Assembly: GCF_036321535.1 (NCBI RefSeq)
Contig: NC_087436.1
Span: 117,244,001-117,308,000, forward strand
DNA length: 64,000 nt
Reading direction: 5' to 3'
Source: Camelus dromedarius
Taxonomy: Eukaryota
A program made the translations under genes and the position numbers. Shown here in pieces: positions 25,011 to 38,261 of this stretch (position 1 is the first letter of the stretch; each line of letters starts with the position of its first letter). The notes beneath the pieces were generated by a model that saw nothing but the letters and a program-made list of their open reading frames with translations, did not search any database and was not told the DNA's origin.

Positions 25011-25683
25011 AGCCACACAGTTGGCAGGAAGATATTTCCTCGCATCCAGGCAGCTGTCGATGCAGGGCCTGTGGGCTTTGGGAATGACAGCTTTCCATCA
25101 TCTAACCATCCTCATCCCCATCATCGTTAACCGCACAGATGGGGGCCAGCTGCTCACCAAGTCCACGGTGGGCATTCTGCTTATCCAAGAAGACCAGAGA
25201 GAATTTTCTCAATTAATATCATCTTCCTTAAGCAGAGCACCTGTTCAGAGGTAGGTACTCTGCCACATTCACCCTGATCTTCACTGCATCCTGCCAATGA
25301 AACACCCTACTCCTGACGAGGACACCTGGGCTCCGGGAGCCTGCTTTACCCGCATCCCAGGGCACGTGGCTGGCCCAGGATTGGCACCCATTTCTTCCTG
25401 ACTTTGATGTCACCTTTCCTGCCATTCTCTCTCCTGTTTTTCCAAACACCTAGTTTCCCTGCTTATCTCTTTCCCACAGCCTAAGACAGAGTTAATTAGC
25501 GAGCTTATCTCCTAAGGCAGTGTGAACTTGGAAATGTGGCTGTGCTCTGATTTCTGGCTAAATTGTCTCCAGATAGGATGGTCCCTCAGACGCAATCCCA
25601 AGAAAACATGTCCTGAGAGGGAACTTGAGCCCTCCAAGGGTTCCACACAGAAGGCTGGATTTGCAACAGAAATGTGGAACGTT

Positions 25684-28549
25684 TTTTATGAACAACTATA
25701 TGGAAACAAAATGGATAACCTAGAGGAGATGGACAAGTTTCTGGAAACATATAGTCCACCAAGACTGAATCAAGAAGAAACTGACCACTTGAACAAACCG
25801 ATCACTAGAAATGAAATCGAATTAGCAATAAAAAACCTCCCTACAAATAAAAGTCCAACCAGACGGCTTCACTGGGGAATTCTACCAAACATACAATGAA
25901 GAACTCATACCAGTCCTTCTCAAACTCTTCCAAAGATTGAAAGGAGGGAATACTCACAAACTCATTCTATGAAGCCACCATCACCCTGATACCAAAACCA
26001 GGCAAAGACACTACCAAAAAAGAGAATTACAGACCAATATCACTGATGAACACAGATGCAAAAATCCTTACCAGATTATTAGCAAATAGAATGCAACAGC
26101 ACATAAACAAGATTATACACCATGATCAAGTGGGGTTCATCCCAGGGACACATGGGTGGTTCAACATACGCAAATCAGTCAATATAATACATCACATCAA
26201 CAAGAGAAAGGACAGAAACCACATGATCATCTCAATAGATACAGAAAAAGCACTTGATAAAATTCAACACCCATTTATGATAAAAACTCTCACCAAAGTG
26301 GGTATAGAAGGAACATATCTCAACATAATAAAAGCTATATATGACAAACCTACAGCCAGCATAGTACTCAATGGTGAAAAACTCAAAAGCTTCCTACTAA
26401 AATCTGGGACAAGACAAGGCTGTCCACTCTCACCACTCCTATTTAACATAATCTTAGAAGTGCTAGCCACAGCAATCAGGCAAGAGAGAGAAATAAAAGG
26501 GATCCAAATTGGAAAAGAAGAGGTAAAATTGTCACTATATGCAGATGACATGATACTATATATAGAAAACCCTAAAAGGTCCACACAAAAACTACTAGAA
26601 CTAATTGAAGAATTCAGCAAAGTAGCAGATTACAAGATTAACATTCAAAAATCAGTTGCATTTCTTTACACTAATGATGAATCAACAGGAAAGGAAAGGA
26701 AAGAAACAATCCCCTTTAAAATAGCACCCAAAGTAATAAAATACCTAGGAATAAATCTAACCAAGGAGGTGAAAGACTTATACATGGAGAACTATAAACC
26801 ACTGATGAAGGAAATTAAAGAAGACTTTAAAAAATGGAAAGATATCCCATGCTCCTGGATTGGAAGAATCAATATTGTTAAAATGGTCATACTGCCCAAA
26901 GCAATCTACAGATTTAATGCAATCCCTATCAGATTACCCAGGACATATTTCACAGACTAAAACAAATCATAAAATTTATATGGAACCACAAAAGACCTAA
27001 AATTGCCAAAGCATCACTGAAGAAAAAGAAAGAGGCTGAATGAATAACCCTCCCAGACTTCAGACAACACTATAGAGCTACAGTAATCAAAACAGCATGG
27101 TATTAGTACAGAAACAGACCAGAAATGAATCTACAAACTTTTGGTCAACTGATCTTCGACAAAGGAGGCAAGAACATACCATGGAATAAAGAGTCTCTTC
27201 AGCAAATGGTGTTGGGAAAACTGGACAGCAGCATGTAAATCAATGAAGCTAGAACACTCCCTTACACCATACACAAAAATAAACTCAAAATGGATCAAAG
27301 ACTTAAATAGAAGACAAGATACAATAAACCCCCAGAAGAAAACAGGCAAAACATTATCTCACATACATCTCAAAAATATTCTCCTAGGGCAGTCTACCCA
27401 AGCAATAGAAATAAAAGCAAGAATAAACAAATGGGACCTAATGAAACTTACAAGCTTTTGCACAGCAAAGGAAACCATAAGCAAAATAAAATGACAACCT
27501 ACAGAATGGGAGAAAATTTTTGCAAAAGATGAAACTGACAAAGGCTTGATCTCCAGAATATATAAGCAGCTCATATGACTAAATAAAAAAACAAACAACC
27601 CAATCCAAAAATCAGCTGAAGACCTAAACAAGCAATTCTCCAAGGAAGATATACAAATGATCAATAGGCACAAGAAAAGATGCTCAGAATCACTAATTAT
27701 CAGAGAAATGCAAATCAAAACTACAATGAGGTATCATCTCACACCAGTCAGAACGGCCATCATTCAAAAGTCCACAAATGACAAATGCTGGAGAGGCTGT
27801 GGAGAAAAGGGAACCCTCCTACACTGCTGGTGGGAATGCAGTTTAGTGCAGCCACTGTGGAAAACAGTATGGAGATTCCTCAAAAACTAGGAATAGACTT
27901 ACCATATGACCCAGTAATCCCACTCCTGGGCATATATCCAGAAGAAACCCTACTTCAAAAAGACACCTGCACCCCAATGTTCATAGCAGCACTGTTTACA
28001 ATAGCCAAGACATAGAAACAGCCTAAATGTCCATCAACAGATGACTGGATAAGGAAGAAGTGATATATTTATACAATGGAATACTATACAGCCATAAAAA
28101 TAACAACATAACGCCATTTGCAGCAACATGGATGTCCCTGGAGAATGTCATTCTAAGTGAAGTAAGCCAGAAAGAGAAAGAAAAATACCATATGAGATCG
28201 CTCATATGTGGAATCTTAAAAAAAAAAAAGAACACAAATACAAAACAGAAACAGACTCATAGACATAGAAAACAAACTTGTGGTTCCCAGTGGGGAGGGG
28301 GTGGGAAGGGATAGACTGGGAGTTTGTAGATACTGACAGGCATATGCAGAATAGATAAACAAGATTATACTGTATAGCACAGGGAAATATGCTCACAATC
28401 CTACAAGACCTGGTGGTTGCTCACAGTGAAAAAGAATGTGACAATGAATATATGTATGTTCATGTATAACTGAAAAATTGCTCTCCACAGGAAATTGACA
28501 CAACATTGTAAAATGACTACAATTCAGTAAAATAAAATTTAAAAAAAAA
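25684..28549 (+). mobile_element. 5'-truncated LINE-1 (3' part of ORF2, 3'UTR and polyA), inactivated
   Basis: 16-bp TSD AGAAATGTGGAACGTT at 25668-25683 and 28550-28565. It has ORF2 RT and Cys-rich ([18 protein letters not shown]) motifs, several stops/frameshifts, and AATAAA plus an A tail. Confidence 0.96.
26046..26960 (+). pseudogene. L1 ORF2 reverse-transcriptase domain fragment (304-aa open stretch)
   Basis: [27 protein letters not shown] (26538-26549) and KYLGINL motifs. It is broken off from the upstream and downstream ORF2 pieces. Confidence 0.93.
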
Positions 28550-28744
28550 AGAAATGTGGAACGTTCTGAAAACTGGTTATGCAGCCCCGGAGTCGGTGAC
28601 ATCTGCCTGGCTTCTAGGGCATCCCTGTGGTCCTCATCAGCCGCCATCCTCCTGGCTGGGATGGAGTAATCTCGACCAAGCAGAGGAATGTGCCGCTAGT
28701 CGCTCCTTGCAGCCACTGAGATGGTGAAAGCGTGATTCTTTGGG

Positions 28745-29152
28745 TGATTAGTGTCCTGGGGCTGCGGTGTCAAGTACCCCAAGCTGGTGGCTCTAACACC
28801 AGCTAGCTAGTCCCTCACAGTTCTGGAGCCCAGACGTCTGAGATCAGACTGTCGGGAAGGCTGAGCTCCTCCAGAAGCTCGGGGAGAATCTGTTCCCGCC
28901 TCTCTGCTGCCTCCTGGTGGCTGCCAGCATTCCTTGACTTGTAGCCACATTCTCCAGTCTCTGCCCCACCTTCCCGTTGCCTCCTCCTCTATGTGTCTGT
29001 CCCTCAAATCCCCCCACCTCTCTTGTGAGAATACGTGACTCTGCATTTAGAACCCACCCAAATAATCCAGGATAAGCACCTCCTCTCAAGACCCGTAACG
29101 GAACCATCTCCTTTGTCCTATAAGAATATGCACACGCTCCAGGGGTTAGGAG
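28745..29152 (-). mobile_element. MLT1-family solo LTR
   Basis: ctcacagttctggagcccaga...ggagaatctgttcc...ctggtggctgccagcattccttg...ataatccaggata...ccaggggttagga. Confidence 0.72.
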
Positions 29153-29556
29153 TAAGTGGAGGGTCCCACCCCGCTCCTGTGGTGGGGGAAGGGCTCACAG
29201 CTCTGCAGTAGCACCTCCCCCCATCCCCACACAAGTCCTCCTCCTTCTCTCCTGGCTCACCCATTCTGATCGCACAGTGGGTGGGGGGGCTCGAGAGCTC
29301 TGAACAACCTGTCGGCCCTACTTGTGCACACAGTGACCTGACTCTGCAGTTTCCACCTCCATCATGTCTTGGTTCTATTCTGTCCTCCCATTGCCCATAC
29401 AATGTAAATATTCCCTAAACACAATGTGAGTCCAAGGCAAGGAACTGTCACCTCCAATAAAGAGGATCGGGGAGGCATAAAAGCGTATTCAGTGTCTATG
29501 TCTTGAGGAGTTAATAGGCAGTGGTTCTTGGGGGCCAGTCAGGATGGGGCAGGGAC

Positions 29557-29990
29557 TGTGCTAATGTCCTGTGACTGCTGTTACAGATCACCACTAACCT
29601 GGCAGCTTAGAACAATGTACATCTCTTCTTCTATGGTTCTGGAAGCCAGAAGTCTGAAACCAGCCTCCCTGGAGCAGACTCAAGGTGTCTGCAGGGCTGG
29701 TTCCTTCTGCTCTGGGGGAATTTGTTCTCCAGCCTTTGCCCACTTAGAGACGGCACACATTCCTTGGCTGGTGGCCCCTTTATCTGTCTTCAAAGCCAAC
29801 AGGGGAACAGCTTCTCTATTCCCTGACCTCCTGCCTCCTTTTTACAAGGACCCTGTGATTGGGCCCGTCTGGATTGGATCCAGAATAATCTTTCCATCTC
29901 AAGATCCTTAAGCACATCTGCAAGGACTCCTGTCATATAAGGTAACATTCTCAGGTTCTAGGGATTAAGATTTTGACATCTTTGCAAGGA
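29557..29990 (-). mobile_element. MLT1-family (MLT1D-like) solo LTR
   Basis: gttctggaagccagaagtctgaa...attccttggctggtggcccc...aggaccctgtgattgggccc...taaggtaacattc...ttctagggatta. Confidence 0.72.
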
Positions 29991-30051
29991 GGTGGTAAGC
30001 AACATTCCAGGTGGTAACAGCACTTCCTAAGTTGCTGTTATATGTTGATTT

Positions 30052-30140
30052 GATGCGATGCGATGCAATGCGATGGGATGTGATGCGATGGGATGGGGTG
30101 AGGTGAGGTGAGGTGAGATGAGATGGAATGGGATGGGATG
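30052..30140. repeat. Compound pentanucleotide repeat (GATGC/GATGG/GAGGT)n
   Basis: gatgcgatgcgatgcaatgcgatgggatg...gaggtgaggtgaggtgagatgagatggaatgggatgggatg. Confidence 0.88.
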
Positions 30141-30297
30141 CTCCCTAGTAACACACAAGAGAGCAGGGCATGTTTGGAAAGCAGCAGCTAGTCCAGGTGG
30201 CTGGTGGTGTCAAGGCAGCTGTGGTGTTAGCGGCGGGGCTCAGAGGGCAGCAGGACCACATGAGGCGCTGCCTCGCATGCTCAGTTTGCACAGTGAG

Positions 30298-30690
30298 TGT
30301 ATTGGTTCTCTGGGGCCTCCATAACCAAGTCCTACAGACCAGGCGGCTTTAACAACAGAAATGTATTGTCTCACAATTCTGGAGGCGGGAAGTCCAAGAT
30401 CAAGGTGTCGGTAGGGTTAATCTCTGCCACCTCTCTCCTTGGCGTGTAGACGGCCCCTTCTCACTGTGTCCTCACGTGGTCATCCCTCTGTGCGTGTCTG
30501 TGCCTTAATCTCCTTGTCTCATAAGAACACCAGTCAGACTGGTTTAGGACTCACCCGTATAGCCTTGTTTAGCCTGAAAGGCCCGATCTCCAAATGCAGT
30601 CACATTCGGAGGTGCTGGAGGTTAAAACACATGAATTCATGTGACTTCAACACACGAATTTTAGAGGGGACACAATTCAACCTATGACAG
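30298..30690 (-). mobile_element. MLT1A/B-like solo LTR
   Basis: tgtattggttctctggggcctccataac...aacaacagaaatgtattgtctcacaattctggagg...ggggacacaattcaaccta. Confidence 0.75.
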
Positions 30691-30839
30691 GCATTAAAAG
30701 TGAGGGTTCTAGAACAAGAAGCCTCCATGGTTCAGGTACTGATTCTTCCTGTTAATAACCATGTGGCTTTGGGCAAGTTGCTTAACCTCTCTGGGCCTCA
30801 TCTGAAAGCTAAAGATGATAATACCTCACTGGATTAAAT

Positions 30840-31850
30840 CCATCCATTCATTTGGCAGGTAGTTCCTGATGGCAACCAGGTGCTGGGCGCCCCGTAAGTG
30901 CTGGGGATACAGAAACAAACAAAAGAGACATAACATGAGTCACCATGGAATGTTCATTATAGTGAGACATTATACGTTATACAGGGAAACAATATAGAGC
31001 AATATGAAGATTCACTTATAAAGTATGTTGGACTAGAATAAGCACTGTGGAGAAATTTAGAGCAGGGGAGGTGGACAGGAAGCACCTATGGGAAGGTATT
31101 GCAACTTGACATAGAAGTGGTGGTCAGGGAAGGTTTTGGTGGTAAGTTGATGATAAGGCAAAGATGTGAAAGCTTGAGGGAACAAGACATCCAGAGAGCT
31201 GGAGGAAGGGCACACTAAGCAGAGGGAACAGCCAGTGCAAAGGCCCTGGGGCAGGAACATGTCTGATCTGCTTGAGGAGCAGCACGGTGGCCACTGAGGC
31301 CAGGGAGTGCGTGAAGGGAGAGCAGCAGGAGATGAGATGAAGGGCTAAGGACAGAAGACGAGGGAGCAGCAGATCGTGAACTCCACAGGCCATTCTAAGG
31401 GCCTCAGGCTTTTTCTTTGGGGTAGATTGCAACACTCTGGGGATTGGGTTGCGGAGTGACGGGGTTTGAGCTCCATTTTTAAAGGATCCTTTGATGATGC
31501 TGTGTTTAAGCAGCCTGCAGAAGGCCAAGGGTAGAAGTTGGGAAACCAGTTGGGAGGTTCTTAAAATCACACAGGCAAGAATGGCCCCCAGGACCAGGGT
31601 GGGAGCGGAGGAGGTAAGGAGAAATGGTGGATTCTAAATGTGGCAATATTTAAACTTTTTAATGGGCAGAATGCCTCGGCAGGTTGGCTGTGGCTGTGAA
31701 GTCAGGATGATTCCAAGCGTGGTGCCGCCGTTAATTGAGAAGGCAGATCCGGGGTCTGCGTCAGACATGTTAGAGTGGGCGTGGCCGTAAGCTTCCCAGG
31801 GCAGGTGAGCTGCGATGTGTAAAGTCACAGAGTGGGCTTCCCGGAGTTCG
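30840..31850 (-). mobile_element. Degenerate L2 LINE fragments
   Basis: ccattcattt...gctggggatacag...ggtcagggaagg...cagagggaacagccagtgcaaaggccctggggcagga...ttttaaaggatc, L2 3' region in reverse. Similar pieces lie near 4880-5760, 40170-41110, 53270-53640 and 62300-62780. Confidence 0.65.
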
Positions 31851-33314
31851 ATGCTAGGATGCAGTTTGGGATGAGAGATGTTTGTCAGGGATCCCCCCAC
31901 CCGCCATGGAAGGGAAGAGAGGAAGCAGCGGTGGGCAGAGGGAGAGGCTGAGCTCCCACGTGGGCCCCAGGGCAGCTTCGGCCATCCCCACGGGAGCTCT
32001 GCCGCTGAGGCCGACCCTGAAGGGGCTGTGGCCAGAGGTGTCTGCTGACAGCACCCCCCCCCACCGCCCAGCTGAGCAGAACTCTTTCCCTGAAGGCCAA
32101 TCTGGATGGGGCAACTCCATGCCCACCACACCCATGCTCCCTTATCCACAATTCCAAAATCCAAAAAGCTTGGGAAAGTCAGTAATGCTGCAGTCCTGTG
32201 GCACTAAGACTGACTGGAGCAGCTGGGAGCCTTTTTGTCACCATTTTTTGTCCCACTTACTAAGATCCTTGGTAATTCTCTCCTCCAAGCTCACTTCTTC
32301 CTTGCTCCTGCTTTTCCCCCTACCTCCCTGGTTGCCCCGCCTCCGTCCCCTCCCCCTTGGCCTCTGTCTGTCTGGGGTGGATGCTGTTACCCTCCCCAGG
32401 CTCTGTCCTCGGTCCACACATGTCTCACTGCAATGCATCTCCCAGGCTGGCTTTTTTCACAGTAGCATCATGTCCACTCTTCTCTGCTGATCCCCACTCC
32501 AGGTCTCCATCTGCACTCCTCCCTAAGTTCCAGACCCAGGTGTCTCCTTCCCTACAGAACAAGGCCACGTGGATTGCTATAGGCTCCTAAAAACTCAACA
32601 TGCCCAATCAGAAGTCATCATTTTTCTCCCTAAATCTGCTCCTCCTCCTGTATCCCCTTATTTCAATGAGTGGAGCCACCACTGATAACCTTGAGGTTAT
32701 CCTAGACTCTCCACGCCCCTCATTCTCTACCTTCACACAGGCACTGGTTTTGAGGAAGTCTCAAAACATCATTCTCAGTGCTCAACATAGCTCAGCAGAG
32801 GACTGAAGTTTGCCAGTTATCTTCATCACCAACACCAGCATCGTATCAGCATCAGCATCACCATTATCATCACCATAATCAGCATCTGTCCATCAAGTGG
32901 CATCTTTGCCCGTTACCAGGAGCAGAAGTCTGAGCACTTCTGACCACTGCCTCACAGTATCAGAGTCACCAAGGAAACACAACGCAGTTAAGCACTGGAT
33001 GGAACACTCTACTCACGTAGAAAAGAGATAGAGCAATACTAGCTTCCACTGGCCTGCACGCGCCCCTCTGAGCTGCAGCAGGGGAAAGACACAGCAGTGC
33101 AGCTGGCCAGGTGCCGTGTGCTGCACATGCGTAAGCAGAACGAAGGAGCACATGCTGAGTCAGAAACAGGAGAAGATGTGCCTCCACAAGGTGACCAGCC
33201 CAGCGTGGGCCGTGTGGACTCTGTCTCTTGGTAGGAAGTGTTCCAGGCCCAAGGCCCACTCTTATGCAGCCTAGTAGAGGTTGAAAGACTGCATACAAGA
33301 GGCCACCTTTCCTA

Positions 33315-33850
33315 GCATCATCACCACTATTATCACCATGATCAACATGACCACCATTACTACCACCATCATCATCATCATCATCATCAGCCCCCCACCA
33401 TCACCACCACCACCATCATCATCACCATGATCACCAATGGCCACCACCATTACCCCCACCATCATCATCACCAGCCCACCACCATCACCACCACCACCAT
33501 CATCATCACCATGATCACCAATGGCCACCACCATTACCCCCACCATCATCATCACCACCACCACCATCACCACCGCCATCATAACCACCACCATCACCAC
33601 CACCATCATCATCACCATGATCACCATGACCACCATTACTACCACCATCATCATTGTCATCACCAGCCCACCACCATCACCACCATCACCATCATCATCA
33701 CCATGATCACCAATGGCCACCACCATTACCCCCACCATCATCATCACCAGCCCACCACCATCACCACCACCACCATCTTCACCACCACTATCATCATCAT
33801 CACCATGATCACCATGACACCACCACTACCACCATTATCATCATCACTGA
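33315..33850. repeat. (CAC/CAT)n low-complexity tract with higher-order ~85-105 bp units
   Basis: Repeated ATGATCACCAATGGCCACCACCATTACCCCCACC (33427, 33511, 33703) and ATGATCA(A/C)CATGAC variants (33338, 33617, 33805). Confidence 0.92.
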
Positions 33851-34943
33851 TACCAATTATTGAGCACTTATTATGGGCCAAGCACAGTGCTAAGTACATT
33901 ATCCATGTTACCTCCTTTAATAAGAAACTCAAGAGTCAGCTGAGAATGAAGGTGAGGCGCTCTGCTTCACTTGCCTCTGCTGACCTCAGAAACGTGTGTG
34001 ATGCAGGGACTGCAGCTGGGGACGGGTGGCGGAAACAGGTTGTGAGGAAATAGCACTTCCACCTTCATTTTTCTTTCACGATTTTAATGACTAAACTCTT
34101 GTGAGGGCCCAGGCTATTGGCATTAACCTTGGTTTAATTTGTATTTTTCCAAAGGAGATACAATTATATGATAATGATTCACTTCTCCGGGGTGTCAAAA
34201 AGAAACAGCTAAAATGGAAAAGTGGCCCCTCACATCCACACATCGTCCACTGTTTTCTGTTAACTTAAGGAAAGGCGAGATTCACGCTGGTGAAAGTACC
34301 TGGAGGATCTCTGTTCAGTTCCCCACCGTAGCAGCAGTATGGCCGGCGTTCAGGGTCAAGAATTGTCTCATAAGAAGCAAAAGATGATGTTTCCCAGAGA
34401 GGCCACGTGCAGGGGAGGGGACCCTGGGCTGCCTCCCTCCTTCCTCGGTTTGAATCCCCGTGCAACCGGCAGCGTGGCCTTGGCCTCCCCTCGCCCTCTC
34501 TCCATCAGTTTGCCCACACTTAAAGTGGGTCTTGGGTGTTGTGAGGAGTAAATTCAACAACATACATGGAACAAGTGTAGATGGGGCCCGTGAGCCAGCA
34601 AGCGGAGCACATCCACTAGGCGTGTACCAGAGCACGAAGGGTGTCTAGTCCATGCTGGCTGCCACTCCCTTCCAACAGCACCTGCCTTAGGACCATAACG
34701 GTGGTCGGCGTCATCACCATGTTCCCAGATGCACCTTGTTGCCTGAACCCGGGTCTCAGCTCTGGCTTCCTTTCCCCGTTCTCTGCCTCTCACTGACCTG
34801 AGCCAGGGAGCATGAGGGTCCCTCCACCTCCCTCCAAGGCTGAGAACAGGGAAGGGACAAAATAGTTTGGCCTTTTTTTTTTTTTAAGACCTTTATCTGT
34901 TCTGTTCATTTCTATATTCGCAGCATCTATAAATGAGGGACTC

Positions 34944-35091
34944 GGCGGGGGCTGGGGAGGGTACAGCTCAAGTGGTAGAGGGCATCCTTAGCATGCATGA
35001 GGTACTGGGTTCAATCCCCAGTACCTCCTCTAAAAATAAATAAAACCTAATTACCTCCCCCCTAAAATAGAATAATTGAATAACACAATAA
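34944..35091 (+). mobile_element. tRNA-Ala-derived SINE (camelid Vic-1-like)
   Basis: GGGGAGGGTACAGCTCAAGTGGTAGAG...GGTTCAATCCCCAGTACCTCC plus an A-rich tail. Degenerate TSD: ATAAATGAGGGACTC / ATAAACGAGGGTTTC. Confidence 0.85.
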
Positions 35092-35431
35092 ATAAACGAG
35101 GGTTTCCTCTGCACCCAGCTGTGTCCCAGATGCTGGGATAAGCATGCAGAGCAACCCCAGGGAGCGTGCGCTCCTCAGAAGGGAGTTAGGCGCAGCCAAA
35201 GGACATGTCAAGTCCTGGGGGGGGGGGGGCGGCAGGATAAGGGAATGAAGGGTGACAGACAATCAGGGGTGCAATTTAACTAAGGTCGTCAGGAAAGACC
35301 TCTCTGAACAGGTGAAGTTTGAACAAAGATCTATACAAAGTCAGGAATTGAGCCTTGCAGGCACCTAGAGGGAAACTCTCCCAGGCAGGGGCAGTAACTG
35401 AGGCAAGAACCTGCCTTGCTCGTTCTAGGAA

Positions 35432-35745
35432 AGTGCTGCCCCCCAAAATACAATTCAAACCACACGTGTAATTTTGAATTTTCTAGTAGCCACATTGAAA
35501 AAGGAAACAGGCAAAATTTCTCTTAATGACGTATTGTATTCCACCCCATATATTCAAAACATCAGTTCAGCATGTAATCATTATAGAAAATGTGTTAATA
35601 GGGTATTTTAAATGTCTTTTTTTTCCCACACAGTCTCTGGAATTGTCAGCGTGTGTTTTACACTCACTGCACATCTCAGATCAGACCAGCTGCGTCTCAG
35701 GTCCCCAGTAACCACGTGGGGCTGAGGGCCACCATGTCGGACAGT
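35432..35745. mobile_element. MER33/MER3-like hAT-Charlie element inserted in L2
   Basis: ccacacgtgtaattttgaattttctagtagccacatt...agtaaccacgtggggct...accatgtcggacag, flanked by ttctagga/ttctagaa (8-bp hAT-type TSD, one mismatch). Confidence 0.68.
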
Positions 35746-36039
35746 TCTAGAAAGAGCAGGGAGGGGTGTGCGCCTGGCGTGGAATAAACAGGGTCGAGGT
35801 GAGGAGACAGGAAGGCAGGGTGGGGGGGGATCCAGCCCCACAGCGGTACTTGGTTTAGCTGCTGGATTCCAAGGGCAGTGGGGTTTTGCTCAGAGGGCTG
35901 CCTTAATCTGCCTCCTGTTTCAAATGCTCACTTTGGCTTCTGTGTGGAGCACAGATTGGAGGAGGTGCCCCAGGTATCCTCAGAGAGCCGCTTGAAGAGG
36001 GGCTTTCAGTCCTAAGAGTAGCAGCCATGGTAGTCGTTG

Positions 36040-36618
36040 TGTTGCTGGAGGATGGGTTCTTGTCTCGTGCAGGAAAGAATTCAAGAGCGAGGCATAGAGA
36101 AATGAAAGCAAGTTTATTTAGAGAGATACACACTCCAGAGACAGTGGGGTCCGTCTCAGAAGGGACAACAGCTTAGGAGATACACACTCCACAGACAGAA
36201 TGCGGGCCGTCTCAAAAGGCGAGAGGGAGAGGCTGAGCGGTGGGGGGGTTAGTTCAAAGCGAAAGTAGAGGCACACTCTACAGAGTGCGGGCCGTCTCAG
36301 AAGGCCGGAGAGAGCGCCACCACGAGGCGCGGGTTGTTAGTTTTTATGCGCTTGGTAATTTCATGTGCTAATAAGTAGGAGGATTATTCCAGCTACTTTG
36401 GGAAAGGGGCGGGGATGTCCAGGAGTCGGGCTCCGCCCACTTTTTGACTGTTGTCAGCCTCAGAACTGCCATGGCGCCTGCCGGTGGGTGCACCTTGAGG
36501 CTCCAGGTCCACTGGAAGTTGAATCTTCTGCCATCTTGGTTCTAACCAGTGTGTCCTGTCCTCAATTCCTGTGTCAGTCCTTCAGTGATTGTGCCCCGCC
36601 CCCTTCCCTCCTGTCTCA
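36040..36618 (-). mobile_element. ERV1-type solo LTR with 4-bp TSD
   Basis: TG...CA ends, with GTTG at 36036-36039 and 36619-36622. It has a minus-strand AATAAA (tttatt ~36113) and three internal 'cacactc...gggccgtctca' repeats. Confidence 0.85.
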
Positions 36619-37329
36619 GTTGTGGTCATAGTAACACAGCACTGATAATCACTAGCTGGGGGCAGGGGCAGTGGCCATGCCTCATTTCTCTGCATTACAT
36701 TCCTTCATCTGGGAGCCATGTGCTTTGAAATGCTCTGTTTGCTAAAGTGGCAAATCATGGGTCCGGGGGCCAGATTCCCGCAAACCAGCGCTACTGCAGG
36801 GAGCTTGGGCTGTCTCATCCATCCAGCGGTGGCAGATCTTCAAAGACCTTCAAGCATGGAACCAGCCCCACCTCGTTCCCCTCTATTCTGTCCAGGAAAG
36901 TGTAACCAACTAGCCGCTGGCCCATGGCGCCAAGAGAGAGACATGGGCTGGAGGTCAGATCACCCTTCCAACAGCTGTGACATCCTTGGGAAGTCACCTA
37001 GCTTCCCTAAGCTGCATTTCCTCGTCTGCAAAATGACACTAGCAGCCTCCCCCTTGCTGTGCAGTAAGGACTGTTTGGGATCCGCATGGGGCCTGGCACA
37101 CGGAAGGTGCCTAGTGAGCCTTCAATTCCTTCCTCTCCTCCCTCCCTTTGTTAAGGCAGATTTAAATACATTCTGCAGCAACACAAATTATAGATTCAGA
37201 GTTCTAGGAAGAAATAAGAAATGGTCTGATGGAAATCTGGTGTGTTCACAGGCACCCGCCTCCCCAAGCTGACAAACACATGCTCATTTAATGATGCCAT
37301 TACGTAACTTGCTGAAGAAGATTCCAGAA

Positions 37330-37550
37330 CAGGGTTTCTCCACCTCAGCACTACTGACATTTGGAGCCAGGTAACCCTCTGTTGTGGGGCCGTCCTGTGC
37401 ATTGCACAGTGTTGAGCAGCAGCCCTGGCCTCTCCTTGCCAGCTGCCAGTAGTATCTTGTTTTGGTTGTGATCACCAAAAATGTCTCCAAACATTTAAAA
37501 AAAAAAAAAAAAGTCCCCTGGGCAGAATCGCCCTTGGTTAAGAAGCACTG
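37330..37550. mobile_element. MER20 hAT-Charlie MITE
   Basis: cagggtttctccacctcagcactactgacatttgg...accaaaaatgtctcca...ggttaagaagcactg. Confidence 0.8.
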
Positions 37551-38261
37551 TCATAACTTGGTGTTTGGAAAAAAGCACCAACTCAAGACAAATCTACTTG
37601 TCTCCATCTCTTACTTGCTGTGCGATCTGCGGCAACCCCCCCCCCCTTCTCTTTCTCTCTCCTCGTTTCCCCACCTCTGATTCTCACCTACGTGACTATT
37701 TTCCATTTTACAGATGAAGGAACTGAGGTTCAGAGATACAAGGTGCTCCTCCAGGGCCACACAGCCAGTAACAAGGAAGCCAGGTTTCAAATTGGAGCAG
37801 TGCAGCCTCATAGCCCACGCTCTTCTTAATATGATGCTCCCGCCTCTGAAATGCGCAAGGGACAGTGCAGGGGGGTGGGCGGCAGATGTCAATGGGAGGA
37901 ACTACCCCATACATCTAGAATCAGGCTTGGCATAGAGTCAATGCTCAATAAATGCTAGTTCCCTCCTCACCAAGCTGATTTCAACCCAGAAGATCCTTTG
38001 GGTCCCTCATTCCATGGTTGTATCTCAAAGTGTTTGCATTGGAATAGAAAAGAAGCTAAGAATCTCCGGTGATTGTTTCTTAGGTTTTATTACGCCTGGA
38101 GGAGTTTGACTCAGGGAGGAAGGGGAAAGCCACAGGAGACGTCTCAAATGCCTGCATCCTCAGAAGAGGCAGGAGCAGTCAGGCTTCAAACCATCTCCTG
38201 GCTTCAAACTGAAACCTTTCTGAGGCTCCCCGGCTGCATGAATGGTGTATCTTTTAGACTC

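Noticed and set aside
26046..26960. Novel reverse-transcriptase system or domesticated RT
   Set aside because: It is an ordinary L1 ORF2 fragment within a truncated, frameshifted L1 with TSD and polyA.
33338..33830. CRISPR-like repeat-spacer array
   Set aside because: The context is eukaryotic, the 'spacers' are low-complexity CAY repeats rather than unique sequences, and there are no cas genes.
33271..34053. His/Thr-rich (+) and Met/Val-rich (-) ORFs up to 208 aa
   Set aside because: They are products of the CAC/CAT low-complexity tract. The same applies to 48744-49016.
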